From sequence record OP197928: a stretch of 64,000 nucleotides of DNA. One strand, 5' to 3'. The position numbers and the translations under genes were made by a program. Below, piece by piece: positions 7,594 through 19,400 of this stretch. Under the pieces are notes generated by a model. The model saw only the letters and a list, made by a program, of their open reading frames with translations, ran no database searches and was not told the DNA's origin. Every line of letters begins with the position of its first letter. Position 1 is the first letter of the stretch. The DNA comes from Shigella phage A2.

Positions 7594-7637
7594 TAGTTGA
7601 TAGGGTAATAGTATCACTACCCTATCTAAAAGTAAAC
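7594..7637 (-). promoter_or_regulatory. early-promoter-like module (GTTTAC -35, TACTAT -10) containing a 21-bp repeat
   Basis: Minus strand: GTTTAC-18 nt-TACTAT; contains ttgatagggtaatagtatcac (7597-7617), repeated exactly at 7897-7917. Confidence 0.4.
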
Positions 7638-7889
7638 TTATTTTTTACGAAAAATTGATTTATATTTATCAGCCCATTTCTCAATGACTTTTGCCGGGCC
7701 ATAGATAACAAAGTAATCGCCAAACTCTTCACCACCGAGTTGACCGAAATCATCTAATGCATCACGAAGAACTCCATGAGGCATTTCACCCATTTTATCT
7801 TTCTTGCCAGTGTAAATAAACTCAACTTTTACATCAGCAGTTTCAGCAATAAATTCTTGATACGTTTTCATTTTGTTCTCCAATTTCAC
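7638..7889 (-). CDS. ipI: internal protein I-like small head protein with capsid targeting sequence
   Basis: 83 aa; N-terminus MKTYQEFIAE|T is the T4 internal-protein CTS; position between tRNA region and 57B as for T4 ipI; body not confirmed as a T4 IPI ortholog. Confidence 0.7.
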   Translation of the reverse strand: MKLENKMKTYQEFIAETADVKVEFIYTGKKDKMGEMPHGVLRDALDDFGQLGGEEFGDYFVIYGPAKVIEKWADKYKSIFRKK

Positions 7890-7893
7890 ATTT

Positions 7894-7937
7894 GTTTTGA
7901 TAGGGTAATAGTATCACAACTAAAACCCTATGTAAAC
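7894..7937 (-). promoter_or_regulatory. early-promoter-like module upstream of ipI-like gene (second copy of repeat)
   Basis: Minus strand: GTTTAC-18 nt-TACTAT, just upstream of ATG at 7889; exact 21-bp repeat 7897-7917. Confidence 0.4.
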
Positions 7938-7949
7938 AACTTTGTGAAA

Positions 7950-8646
<697 letters not shown>

Positions 8647-8647
<1 letters not shown>

Positions 8648-9360
8648 TATAGTACCTTTAGTGTATTTTTAATTTTAGAAAAAAGTTCTTCAAGAGAACC
8701 ATCGTTTGTAATTACTAAATCGCCATCACGAATTGGCAATCCAGCTTCTGTAATATGAGTATCATTGGATTTTTGACCAGGACGAACTACATGAATTACT
8801 GTAGCACCCATCGCCCTAGCCGCATCCATTTCATGATCTTGACGAGTATCAGGAACGATATAATAATCATAACCTGAGTTAAATTTATCAAGATAATCTA
8901 AAGCAAATAATTTTACCCAATACATGCGGTCGAAGTTATTAACAATCAAATCCGTACCTAGGGCTTGCATCAGACGACGGACTGACCATTGATCTTCAAT
9001 ATTATTTATAACGTCAGCAATCTTGTTAAATGCTACGAAATTAACTGCGTCATCAAAAACAAACACACCTTTAATTGGGCTTTTACTATTAAGATAGCAA
9101 AATGCTTGTTCCATAATCGTAATTACTTCTAATTTAGTCAGATTTAAATTAGTTTCACGATCATAGTCAATTCCTTCAAACTCTTTACGAGTTAAACAAG
9201 GATAGTCAGTGTTTGCTGCAAATACACCCCATGCATAAGCCAATGCATCCTTAATAGGACCAGCAAGTTGATATTTAACTGCAGAATAATTATTCATAAT
9301 AAAATCTGCAGTAGTATCTTTTCCACTACGCTTTACACCACTTAAAAAGATTAGTTTCAT
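8647..9360 (-). CDS. 1: deoxynucleoside monophosphate kinase gp1
   Basis: 237 aa; P-loop GVKRSGKDT near N-terminus; T4 gene order 57A-1-3-2-4. Confidence 0.9.
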
Positions 9361-9409
9361 ATGTTTCTCCTCAAATTTAGTTAAGATTATAACACATGAA
9401 ACTGAAGCA

Positions 9410-9940
9410 TTAAACTTCTGCTATAATTTTTCCATCTTTTTCTACTTGAAAATACGTATAAGGAATCGTTGCTGTGCATACTAAGGCTGGGTCTGAATCT
9501 TCTGTGTAGCTAAATTCTACTTCAGACAGGTCAGAAACCCAGGGCTTATAAAAATTTATTGACATCACGATTTCAGTTTTACTATTATCTAAAATGTAAA
9601 GCGTAATGTATTCAGGACCTGTTTTTTGGGCAGTATTTTCGCCTGTAAGATAGTTACTAGTTCCTAGCATCCATTCATACATTCCTATCCATGACTTAAG
9701 CTCTTCATCAACTATAAATCTCACGATGAGTGGGTCGTACTCAAATGTAACACCTGGACGTTGTGCTCGGCCTAGTCCAAACGGCCCAGTCACGGTATCA
9801 GTAACAGGTATCCTAATTCCCGGAATAGGAACTGACTGAGCATTTAAAGTAAAAGCAGATGTAGTATTACTATGCGGTATTGATACTACAAAGTTAGTTG
9901 TATTTGCTTGGTTAAAAATTTGTTGTAGTGCTTGCGACAT
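9410..9940 (-). CDS. 3: tail completion / sheath stabilizer protein gp3
   Basis: Track ORF (203 aa) likely over-extended; start chosen at ATG 9940 (MSQALQQIFNQ..., 176 aa as in T4 gp3) with SD GAGGAA upstream. Confidence 0.8.
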   Translation of the reverse strand: MSQALQQIFNQANTTNFVVSIPHSNTTSAFTLNAQSVPIPGIRIPVTDTVTGPFGLGRAQRPGVTFEYDPLIVRFIVDEELKSWIGMYEWMLGTSNYLTGENTAQKTGPEYITLYILDNSKTEIVMSINFYKPWVSDLSEVEFSYTEDSDPALVCTATIPYTYFQVEKDGKIIAEV

Positions 9941-10046
9941 ATATTCCTCATAATGCTTCATAAATGTTGGTGGTATAATGGGTCTAAGTCCCTTCCATTC
10001 AATTCCAATTAGAACAAACAATAGAAAAGAATGGAAGATAATAGAA

Positions 10047-10871
10047 TTAGATATTTGACCAGACTTTGTTTGCAGAGAAACGTTTTCCTTTTGAAACGAA
10101 CTGCTGAAGTGGCATTAATACAACGTTCGCCCAGTCTTTCGGGGCGATTTCAACAAGGCTACCCATAATATTACCGGGTATATATGCCTTAATCATTTGG
10201 TCTGCACCCCTAAATCCTTTCACTTGACTCCAATCAATTTTTAATTTCGTTTTATTAGTAATAGTAGGTGTATTCGAATATTGCTTTAAAAGCTCTTCTA
10301 GAAATTGCTGACGAGCTTTAGGTGGAATATAGTGCAAGTTCAATCCGTACATTAAATTATGTTTACCTAAACCAAGGTAAATTATCAAAGGAAATTTATC
10401 CCAATAAGGAAGAGTTTCTTTGTGTTTAGCATCGTAAGCAAAAGCATATATTCGTCCCGGCTGCGGGCGAACAACTTTATGTCCTTTTACTTGCTTAATA
10501 GTTTCAGCAAACCACTTTCTGGTTTTATTATTAATTGCTGCACCTTCATTACGAATTTTATCACGCAATGTTTGCCTGAATGAATTTATCATAAGCAGTT
10601 GTCTTTCTTGCTTATTGAGTTTATTCATTGGTTTTGATTCAAGCTTTTGAATCTTTTCAGCCGTTTTAATTCCTGAAGCATATTTTGACATTGCCGAAGT
10701 AAACGTAGAGTATTTGATTCCTCTTTCTTCAGCAAATTGCTTTCCTGTCATTCCTTTTGCTTTGGCCTTTCTGTATTCAAGACCTATCTGAATCCATTTC
10801 TTTTCGTTTAATGATTGCTTAACCTTTGGAACTTGGGGAGTGCTTTCATTAATTATTTGAAAAATAGCCAT
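10047..10871 (-). CDS. 2: DNA end protector protein gp2
   Basis: 274 aa (T4 gp2 length), basic protein, position between genes 3 and 4. Confidence 0.85.
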   Translation of the reverse strand: MAIFQIINESTPQVPKVKQSLNEKKWIQIGLEYRKAKAKGMTGKQFAEERGIKYSTFTSAMSKYASGIKTAEKIQKLESKPMNKLNKQERQLLMINSFRQTLRDKIRNEGAAINNKTRKWFAETIKQVKGHKVVRPQPGRIYAFAYDAKHKETLPYWDKFPLIIYLGLGKHNLMYGLNLHYIPPKARQQFLEELLKQYSNTPTITNKTKLKIDWSQVKGFRGADQMIKAYIPGNIMGSLVEIAPKDWANVVLMPLQQFVSKGKRFSANKVWSNI

Positions 10872-11323
10872 TATGCCCCCTTAAAGCCAAGAGCTCGTAA
10901 TCCATCTTCTGTTAGAATTCTAAATTTTATTCCACGCTTTTCAGCTAAAGATTGTGCTGCTTTCCATTTGTCAGTGTTCACAGACCAGGTATAAATTTCA
11001 TTCATAAATCTTTTCTTCGCTGCGGTTGTTAGATGTGCTGGTTTAACTGGTGGTTGTGTTTCTTTTTTAGGTTTTATTTCAATAAAAAATTCTTGTCCAG
11101 AAGAATCTTTCATCCAAATATCCATGAAGTATCTACGTTTTTTCCCTTCTGCATTACAAAAATAAGGAATTACTGCTGTTTCACTACCCCATGCAATAAT
11201 TTCTGGATTTTTATCTAACCATTCAAAAAAGAATTTTTCCCAATTTGATCTATACGTAATTTTTTTAGGGTCACCTCTATACTTTGATATATTTTTAGGA
11301 ACCCATTTTCCAGAATATGCCAT
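10871..11323 (-). CDS. 4: head completion protein gp4
   Basis: 150 aa; position and size as T4 gp4. Confidence 0.85.
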   Translation of the reverse strand: MAYSGKWVPKNISKYRGDPKKITYRSNWEKFFFEWLDKNPEIIAWGSETAVIPYFCNAEGKKRRYFMDIWMKDSSGQEFFIEIKPKKETQPPVKPAHLTTAAKKRFMNEIYTWSVNTDKWKAAQSLAEKRGIKFRILTEDGLRALGFKGA

Positions 11324-11334
11324 TGGATTCTCCT

Positions 11335-11342
11335 TATAAATA
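11335..11342 (+). promoter_or_regulatory. late promoter TATAAATA for genes 53/5
   Basis: exact TATAAATA 29 nt upstream of gene 53 ATG. Confidence 0.6.
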
Positions 11343-11349
11343 GATAATA

Positions 11350-11357
11350 TATTTATA
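11350..11357 (-). promoter_or_regulatory. late promoter TATAAATA (minus strand) for gene 4
   Basis: plus-strand tatttata; 27 nt upstream of gene 4 ATG (11323); divergent with the gene 53 promoter. Confidence 0.55.
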
Positions 11358-11370
11358 AACAGGAGGGCCC

Positions 11371-11961
11371 ATGCTCTTTACATTTTTTGATCCGATTGAA
11401 TATGCGGCCAAAACGGTGAATAAAAACGCGCCGACTATTCCTATGACAGATATTTTTAGAAACTATAAAGACTATTTTAAACGCGCTCTTGCGGGATACC
11501 GCTTACGTACTTACTATATTAAAGGTTCACCACGCCCGGAAGAATTAGCAAATACTATATATGGAAATCCGCAGTTGTATTGGGTTTTATTGATGTGTAA
11601 TGATAATTATGACCCGTATTATGGATGGATTACTTCGCAAGAAGCTGCTTATCAAGCATCTATACAAAAATACAAAAACGTAGGTGGAGACCAAATAGTA
11701 TATCATGTGAATGAAAACGGTGAAAAATTTTATAATTTAGTATCATACGATGATAATCCATATGTTTGGTATGATAAAGGCGATAAAGCTAAAAAATATC
11801 CTCAATATGAAGGAGCGCTTGCTGCGGTCGATACGTATGAAGCTGCTGTTCTTGAAAATGAAAAACTTCGTCAAATAAAAATAATAGCAAAATCAGACAT
11901 CAATTCATTTATGAACGACCTTATACGTATAATGGAGAAATCTTATGGAAATGATAAGTAA
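11371..11961 (+). CDS. 53: baseplate wedge protein gp53
   Basis: 196 aa; SD AGGAGGG; immediately upstream of gene 5. Confidence 0.9.
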   Translation: MLFTFFDPIEYAAKTVNKNAPTIPMTDIFRNYKDYFKRALAGYRLRTYYIKGSPRPEELANTIYGNPQLYWVLLMCNDNYDPYYGWITSQEAAYQASIQKYKNVGGDQIVYHVNENGEKFYNLVSYDDNPYVWYDKGDKAKKYPQYEGALAAVDTYEAAVLENEKLRQIKIIAKSDINSFMNDLIRIMEKSYGNDK

Positions 11962-13672
11962 TAACCTTAATTGGTTTGTTGGTGTTGTTGAAGATAGAAT
12001 GGACCCATTAAAATTAGGTCGTGTTCGTGTTCGTGTGGTTGGTTTGCATCCACCCCAAAGAGCACAAGGTGATGTAATGGGTATTCCAACTGAAAAATTA
12101 CCATGGATGTCAGTTATTCAACCTATAACTTCTGCAGCAATGTCTGGAATTGGAGGTTCTGTTACTGGACCAGTAGAAGGAACTAGAGTTTATGGTCATT
12201 TTTTGGACAAATGGAAAACTAACGGAATTGTCCTTGGCACGTATGGTGGAATAGTTCGCGAAAAACCGAATAGACTTGAAGGATTTTCTGACCCAACTGG
12301 GCAGTATCCTAGACGTTTAGGAAATGATACTAACGTACTAAACCAAGGCGGAGAAGTAGGATATGATTCGTCTTCTAACGTTATCCAAGATAGTAACTTA
12401 GACACTGCAATAAATCCTGATGATAGACCACTATCAGAGATTCCAACTGATGATAATCCAAATATGTCAATGGCTGAAATGCTTCGCCGTGATGAAGGAT
12501 TAAGACTAAAAGTTTATTGGGATACCGAAGGATATCCGACAATTGGAATTGGTCATCTTATCATGAAGCAGCCAGTTCGTGATATGGCTCAAATTAATAA
12601 AGTTTTATCAAAACAAGTTGGTCGTGAAATTACTGGAAACCCAGGTTCTATTACAATGGAAGAGGCGACGACTTTATTTGAGCGTGATTTGGCTGATATG
12701 CAACGTGACATTAAATCACATTCTAAAGTAGGACCAGTCTGGCAAGCTGTCAATCGTTCTCGTCAAATGGCATTAGAAAATATGGCATTTCAGATGGGTG
12801 TTGGCGGTGTAGCTAAATTTAACACAATGTTAACTGCTATGTTAGCAGGAGATTGGGAAAAAGCATATAAAGCCGGTCGTGATTCATTGTGGTATCAACA
12901 AACAAAAGGCCGTGCATCCCGTGTTACCATGATTATTCTTACGGGGAATTTGGAATCATATGGTGTTGAAGTGAAAACTCCAGCTAGGTCTTTATCGGCA
13001 ATGGCTGCGACTGTAGCTAAATCTTCTGACCCTGCTGACCCTCCTATTCCAAATGACTCGAGAATTTTATTCAAAGAACCAGTTTCTTCATATAAAGGCG
13101 AATATCCTTATGTGCATACAATGGAAACTGAAAGTGGACATATTCAGGAATTTGATGATACCCCTGGGCAAGAACGATATAGATTAGTTCATCCAACTGG
13201 AACTTATGAAGAAGTATCACCGTCAGGGAGAAGAACAAGAAAAACTGTTGATAATTTGTATGATATAACCAACGCTGATGGTAATTTTTTGGTAGCCGGC
13301 GATAAAAAGACTAACGTCGGTGGATCAGAAATTTATTACAACATGGATAATCGTCTTCACCAAATAGATGGAAGCAATACAATATTTGTACGTGGCGATG
13401 AAACTAAGACAGTTGAAGGTAATGGAACTATCCTAGTCAAAGGTAATGTTACTATTGTAGTTGAAGGTAATGCTGACATTACAGTTAAAGGGGATGCTAC
13501 CACTTTAGTTGAAGGAAATCAGACTAATACAGTAAATGGAAATCTTTCTTGGAAAGTTGCTGGGACAGTTGATTGGGACGTTGGTGGTGATTGGACAGAA
13601 AAAATGGCATCTATGAGTTCTATTTCATCTGGTCAATACACAATTGATGGATCGAGGATTGACATTGGCTAA
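11945..13672 (+). CDS. 5: baseplate central spike / tail lysozyme gp5
   Basis: 575 aa; N-terminal OB domain (GRVRVRVVGLHPP), lysozyme domain (EGLRLKVYWDTEGYPTIGIGHL), C-terminal beta-helix with repeated VEGN.T/VKG octapeptides. Confidence 0.97.
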   Translation: MEMISNNLNWFVGVVEDRMDPLKLGRVRVRVVGLHPPQRAQGDVMGIPTEKLPWMSVIQPITSAAMSGIGGSVTGPVEGTRVYGHFLDKWKTNGIVLGTYGGIVREKPNRLEGFSDPTGQYPRRLGNDTNVLNQGGEVGYDSSSNVIQDSNLDTAINPDDRPLSEIPTDDNPNMSMAEMLRRDEGLRLKVYWDTEGYPTIGIGHLIMKQPVRDMAQINKVLSKQVGREITGNPGSITMEEATTLFERDLADMQRDIKSHSKVGPVWQAVNRSRQMALENMAFQMGVGGVAKFNTMLTAMLAGDWEKAYKAGRDSLWYQQTKGRASRVTMIILTGNLESYGVEVKTPARSLSAMAATVAKSSDPADPPIPNDSRILFKEPVSSYKGEYPYVHTMETESGHIQEFDDTPGQERYRLVHPTGTYEEVSPSGRRTRKTVDNLYDITNADGNFLVAGDKKTNVGGSEIYYNMDNRLHQIDGSNTIFVRGDETKTVEGNGTILVKGNVTIVVEGNADITVKGDATTLVEGNQTNTVNGNLSWKVAGTVDWDVGGDWTEKMASMSSISSGQYTIDGSRIDIG

Positions 13673-13706
13673 TATACTTCCAATGAGCGCTGATTTAGGA
13701 GAATCC

Positions 13707-14201
13707 ATGGAAGGTTCTTCTATCGACGTCACCTTTACCGCTCAATTAGAAACAGGTGAAACGTTAGTATCTATAAATATAACTAGTTACGAAGAAACTC
13801 CTGGGGTTTTAGTAGAAGAAAATCGTTTATATGGAACGTATGAATCTGTATTTGGTTTCGGAAATGACGCGTTGAAATATCGTTTAGATAATGAATTTAA
13901 AACTGCTGCTTCATGGGAAGACCTTCCAACTGATTCTAATACTCAGTTATATTTATGGAAAGCTCCTCAAAACCTCCAGAAGACATTCACTTACGAAGTA
14001 ACATTAATATATGACTACCAAGAACAAGGTGAATCTGGAGGTTCTGGCAGTAATTCTAGGTCATCTTCTGATACTACTGAACCAACGAATCCTCCAGCTC
14101 CAATAAGAAAAACTCTTGTTAAAAATTACACAAAAACTATAGTTGGAAATTGGAGTCGTTGGGCTAATAAATTGAGAAGCTATGTGTATGAGAGGCCATA
14201 A
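13707..14201 (+). CDS. hypothetical protein (gene 5.1 position)
   Basis: Track ORF starts at 13644 overlapping gene 5; ATG at 13707 has SD AGGAGA 5 nt upstream (165 aa); ATG 13683 is an alternative. Confidence 0.6.
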
Positions 14202-14495
14202 ATGTCAGGATTAAGTTATGATAAATGTGTTACTGCTGGCCATGAAGCGTGGCCTCCAACAGTTGTGAATGCTACACAAAGTAAAGTATTCACTGGAGGA
14301 ATTGCTGTTCTCGTAGCAGGTGATCCAATTACAGAACATACAGAAATTAAAAAGCCATATGAAACACATGGCGGAGTGACACAACCTAGAACTTCTAAGG
14401 TATATGTCACTGGAAAGAAAGCTGTTCAAATGGCTGATCCAATATCATGCGGTGATACTGTGGCTCAGGCATCATCTAAAGTATTCATTAAATAG
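14202..14495 (+). CDS. 5.4: PAAR-repeat spike tip protein gp5.4
   Basis: 97 aa, small G/V-rich protein between gene 5 region and gene 6. Confidence 0.8.
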
Positions 14496-14503
14496 GATTT
14501 AAA

Positions 14504-16486
14504 ATGGCAAATACCCCTGTAAATTATCAATTAACAAGAACAGCAAATGCTATTCCCGAGATATTCGTCGGGGGTACATTTGCTGAAATAAAACAAAACC
14601 TCATTGAATGGCTTAATGGCCAAAATGAATTTTTGGATTATGATTTTGAAGGCTCAAGATTAAACGTTCTGTGCGACCTTTTGGCTTATAATACATTATA
14701 CATTCAGCAGTTTGGTAATGCTGCCTTGTATGAAAGCTTTATGCGTACTGCTAATTTGCGTAGTTCAGTAGTTCAAGCTGCACAAGATAATGGATATTTA
14801 CCTACTTCAAAATCAGCTGCTCAAACTGAAATTATGCTAACTTGTACAGATGCATTGAATAGAAATTACATTACTATTCCTCGTGGTACTCGCTTTTTAG
14901 CATATGCAAAGGATACTTCCGTTAATCCTTATAACTTTGTATCTACCGAAGATGTTATTGCTATTCGCGATAAAAATAACCAATATTTTCCGCGTTTAAA
15001 ATTAGCCCAGGGGCGTATAGTAAGAACTGAAATCATTTATGATAAATTAACACCTATTATCATTTATGACAAAAATATAGATAGAAACCAAGTTAAACTA
15101 TACGTTGATGGAGCAGAATGGATTAACTGGACAAGAAAGTCAATGGTTCATGCTGGTTCTACATCAACAATTTACTACATGCGTGAAACTATTGATGGAA
15201 ATACTGAGTTTTATTTTGGTGAAGGCGAGATTTCTGTTAATGCGGCAGAAGGAGCTTTGACCGCTAATTATATCGGAGGTCTTAAACCTACCCAGAACTC
15301 TACGATTGTTATTGAGTACATCAGTACTAACGGTGCAGATGCGAATGGCGCAGTCGGATTTTCATATGCAGATACATTAACAAATATAACTGTCATCAAT
15401 ATTAATGAAAATCCAAACGACGACCCAGATTTTGTCGGAGCAGATGGCGGCGGTGATCCAGAAGATATTGAGCGTATTCGCGAATTAGGTACTATTAAAC
15501 GCGAAACCCAGCAACGCTGCGTAACTGCGACTGATTATGATACATTCGTTTCAGAGAGATTTGGTTCTATTATTCAAGCTGTTCAGACTTTCACTGATTC
15601 TACTAAACCTGGGTATGCATTTATTGCTGCTAAACCTAAATCAGGATTGTATTTAACTACTGTGCAACGTGAAGATATTAAAAATTATCTCAAAGATTAT
15701 AATTTAGCGCCTATTACACCGTCAATTATTTCTCCTAATTATCTTTTTATTAAGACTAATTTAAAAGTCACATATGCTTTAAATAAACTACAAGAATCCG
15801 AACAGTGGCTTGAAGGTCAAATAATTGATAAAATTGATCGTTATTATACCGAAGATGTAGAAATTTTTAACTCATCTTTTGCCAAGTCTAAGATGTTAAC
15901 TTACGTAGATGATGCAGATCATTCTATCATTGGTTCATCAGCGACAATTCAAATTGTTCGTGAAGTACAAAACTTCTATAAAACGCCTGAAGCAGGTATT
16001 AAATACAATAATCAAATAAAAGATCGTTCTATGGAATCTAATACGTTTTCATTTAATTCCGGACGAAAGGTTGTAAATCCTGATACTGGTTTAGAAGAAG
16101 ATGTATTATATGACGTTCGCATAGTATCAACAGACCGAGATTCTAAAGGAATTGGTAAAGTTATTATTGGTCCATTTGCTTCTGGCGATGTTACAGAAAA
16201 TGAAAACATTCAGCCGTATACAGGCAACGATTTTAACAAATTAGCAAATTCTGATGGACGCGACAAATACTATGTTATCGGTGAAATAAATTACCCAGCT
16301 GATGTGATTTATTGGAATATCGCTAAAATTAATTTAACATCTGAAAAATTTGAAGTTCAGACTATTGAATTATATTCTGACCCAACCGATGATGTTATCT
16401 TTACTCGCGATGGTTCACTGATTGTATTTGAAAATGACTTACGTCCACAATACTTAACTATCGATTTGGAGCCTATATCACAATGA
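14504..16486 (+). CDS. 6: baseplate wedge protein gp6
   Basis: 660 aa (T4 gp6 length), gene order 5-6-7-8. Confidence 0.95.
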   Translation: MANTPVNYQLTRTANAIPEIFVGGTFAEIKQNLIEWLNGQNEFLDYDFEGSRLNVLCDLLAYNTLYIQQFGNAALYESFMRTANLRSSVVQAAQDNGYLPTSKSAAQTEIMLTCTDALNRNYITIPRGTRFLAYAKDTSVNPYNFVSTEDVIAIRDKNNQYFPRLKLAQGRIVRTEIIYDKLTPIIIYDKNIDRNQVKLYVDGAEWINWTRKSMVHAGSTSTIYYMRETIDGNTEFYFGEGEISVNAAEGALTANYIGGLKPTQNSTIVIEYISTNGADANGAVGFSYADTLTNITVININENPNDDPDFVGADGGGDPEDIERIRELGTIKRETQQRCVTATDYDTFVSERFGSIIQAVQTFTDSTKPGYAFIAAKPKSGLYLTTVQREDIKNYLKDYNLAPITPSIISPNYLFIKTNLKVTYALNKLQESEQWLEGQIIDKIDRYYTEDVEIFNSSFAKSKMLTYVDDADHSIIGSSATIQIVREVQNFYKTPEAGIKYNNQIKDRSMESNTFSFNSGRKVVNPDTGLEEDVLYDVRIVSTDRDSKGIGKVIIGPFASGDVTENENIQPYTGNDFNKLANSDGRDKYYVIGEINYPADVIYWNIAKINLTSEKFEVQTIELYSDPTDDVIFTRDGSLIVFENDLRPQYLTIDLEPISQ

Positions 16487-19400
16487 CAGTAAAAGCACCT
16501 TCAGTCACTAGTCTCAGAATTTCCAAGTTATCCGCAAATCAGGTGCAAGTACGCTGGGATGACGTTGGTGCTAATTTCTACTATTTTGTAGAAATCGCTG
16601 AGACAAAAACAAACTCGGGGGAAAATCTCCCGAGTAATCAATACAGATGGATTAACTTAGGATATACTGCAAATAACAGCTTCTTTTTTGATGATGCTGA
16701 CCCATTGACATCATACGTTATTAGAGTAGCTACAGCTGCGCAAGATTTTGAGCAGTCTGATTGGATTTATACCGAAGAGTTTGAAACTTTTGCTACAAAT
16801 GCTTATACATTTCAAAACATGATTGAAATGCAATTAGCTAATAAATTCATTCAGGAAAAATTTACTCTTAATAATTCTGATTATGTTAATTTTAATAATG
16901 ACACTATAATGGCTGCATTGATGAATGAATCATTTCAGTTCAGCCCATCATATGTTGATGTTTCATCAATAAGTAATTTTATTATTGGTGAAAATGAGTA
17001 TCATGAAATACAGGGTTCTATTCAGCAAGTATGTAAGGATATTAACCGAGTTTATTTGATGGAATCAGAAGGGATTCTATACCTTTTTGAGCGTTATCAA
17101 CCTGTAGTTAAAGTATCCAATGATAAAGGACAAACTTGGAAAGCTGTAAAGCTCTTCAATGACCGCGTAGGATATCCTTTATCTAAGACAGTATATTACC
17201 AATCTGCGAACACAACATACGTTCTAGGATACGACAAGATTTTCTATGGCCGCAAATCGACTGATGTTAGATGGTCAGCTGACGATGTCAGATTTAGTTC
17301 TCAGGATATAACATTCGCTAAACTTGGCGACCAATTACATTTAGGATTTGATGTAGAAATTTTTGCAACTTACGCAACTTTGCCAGCGAATGTATATCGC
17401 ATTGCAGAAGCTATTACTTGCACCGATGATTACATTTACGTTGTCGCCAGAGACAAAGTTAGATACATAAAAACGAGTAATGCACCTATAGATTCTGATC
17501 CATTATCTCCAACATATTCGGAAAGGCTTTTTGAGCCTGATACGATGACTATAACCGGAAATCCTAAAGCAGTATGCTATAAAATGGATTCTATCGGTGA
17601 TAAAGTTTTTGCTCTTATTATTGGTGAAGTTGAAACATTAAATGCTAATCCTAGAACATCAAAAATAATTGATTCTGCTGATAAAGGAATATATGTTTTA
17701 AATCACGACACAAAAACGTGGAAAAGAGTTTTTGGCAACACTGAAGAAGAAAGAAGACGTATTCAACCAGGGTATGCGAATATGTCAACTGATGGTAAAT
17801 TAGTTTCTCTATCATCGAGTAATTTTAAATTTTTAAGTGATAATGTTGTTAATGACCCTGAAACTGCAGCAAAATATCAGTTAATCGGTGCTGTTAAATA
17901 TGAATTTCCTCGTGAATGGTTAGCTGATAAGCATTATCATATGATGGCATTTATAGCAGATGAAAAGTCTGATTGGGAAACTTTTACTCCTCAGCCGATG
18001 AAATACTATGCAGAACCATTCTTTAACTGGTCTAAAAAATCTAACACACGTTGTTGGATAAACAACTCTGATAGGGTTGTAGTAGTTTATGCTGATTTAA
18101 AATACACTAAAGTTATAGAAAATATTCCTGAAACATCACCAGATAGATTAGTTCATGAATACTGGGATGATGGCGATTGCACTATAGTAATGCCAAATGT
18201 TAAATTCACTGGATTTAAAAAATATGCATCTGGGATGCTTTTCTATAAAGCCTCTGGCGAAATAATTTCTTACTATGATTTTAACTATCGTGTTAGAGAC
18301 ACTGTCGAAATTATTTGGAAGCCAACTGAAGTATTTTTAAAAGCATTTTTACAAAACCAAGAGCATGAAACTCCTTGGTCGCCTGAAGAAGAGCGTGGAT
18401 TAGCTGACCCTGATTTAAGACCGTTGATTGGCACAATGATGCCTGATTCTTATTTGTTACAGGATTCGAATTTTGAGGCATTTTGCGAAGCATATATTCA
18501 ATATCTTTCTGATGGATATGGAACTCAGTATAACAATTTACGAAATTTAATTCGTAACAAATATCCACGAGAAGAGCATGCATGGGAATATTTGTGGTCA
18601 GAGATATATAAAAGAAACATTTATTTAAATGCTGACAAACGTGATGCTGTTACAAGATTTTTCGAATCACGTAGCTATGATTTTTATTCTACTAAAGGAA
18701 TTGAAGCATCATACAAATTTCTTTTTAAAGTTCTTTATAATGAAGAGGTTGAAATTGAAATTGAATCTGGAGCTGGTACTGAATATGATATAATCGTTCA
18801 ATCCGATTCTTTGACTGAAGATTTAGTAGGACAAACGATTTATACAGCTACAGGAAGATGTAATGTTACTTATATAGAAAGAAGCTATTCTAACGGTAAA
18901 TTACAATGGACCGTAACTATTCATAATCTTTTGGGAAGATTAATTGCCGGTCAAGAAGTTAAAGCAGAAAGACTTCCTAGTTTTGAAGGCGAAATTATTC
19001 GTGGAGTTAAAGGGAAGGATTTGCTTCAAAATAATATAGACTATATTAATAGAAGTCGGTCATATTATGTAATGAAAATTAAATCCAATTTGCCTTCTTC
19101 CCGCTGGAAATCTGACGTTATTCGTTTTGTTCATCCAGTAGGATTTGGATTTATAGCAATTACCCTTTTAACAATGTTTATTAATGTTGGTTTAACTCTT
19201 AAACATACAGAGACTATAATTAATAAATACAAAAACTACAAATGGGATTCTGGATTGCCTACTGAATATGCTGATAGAGTAGCTAAATTAACTCCAACTG
19301 GTGAAATTGAGCATGATTCTGTAACAGGCGAAGCAATTTATGAGCCTGGCCCAATGGCTGGTGTAGAATATCCTCTTCCTGATGACTATAATGCTGAAAA

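Noticed and set aside
9941-10021. N-terminal extension of gene 3 (203-aa track ORF)
   Set aside because: The ATG at 9940 gives the 176-aa T4-length protein and has a good Shine-Dalgarno; the extension has none.
13380-13620. Short periodic repeats (VEGN.T / VKGN octapeptides) that could be mistaken for a repeat array or CRISPR
   Set aside because: They are in-frame beta-helix repeats of the gp5 spike; no spacer/repeat architecture and no cas genes anywhere in the window.
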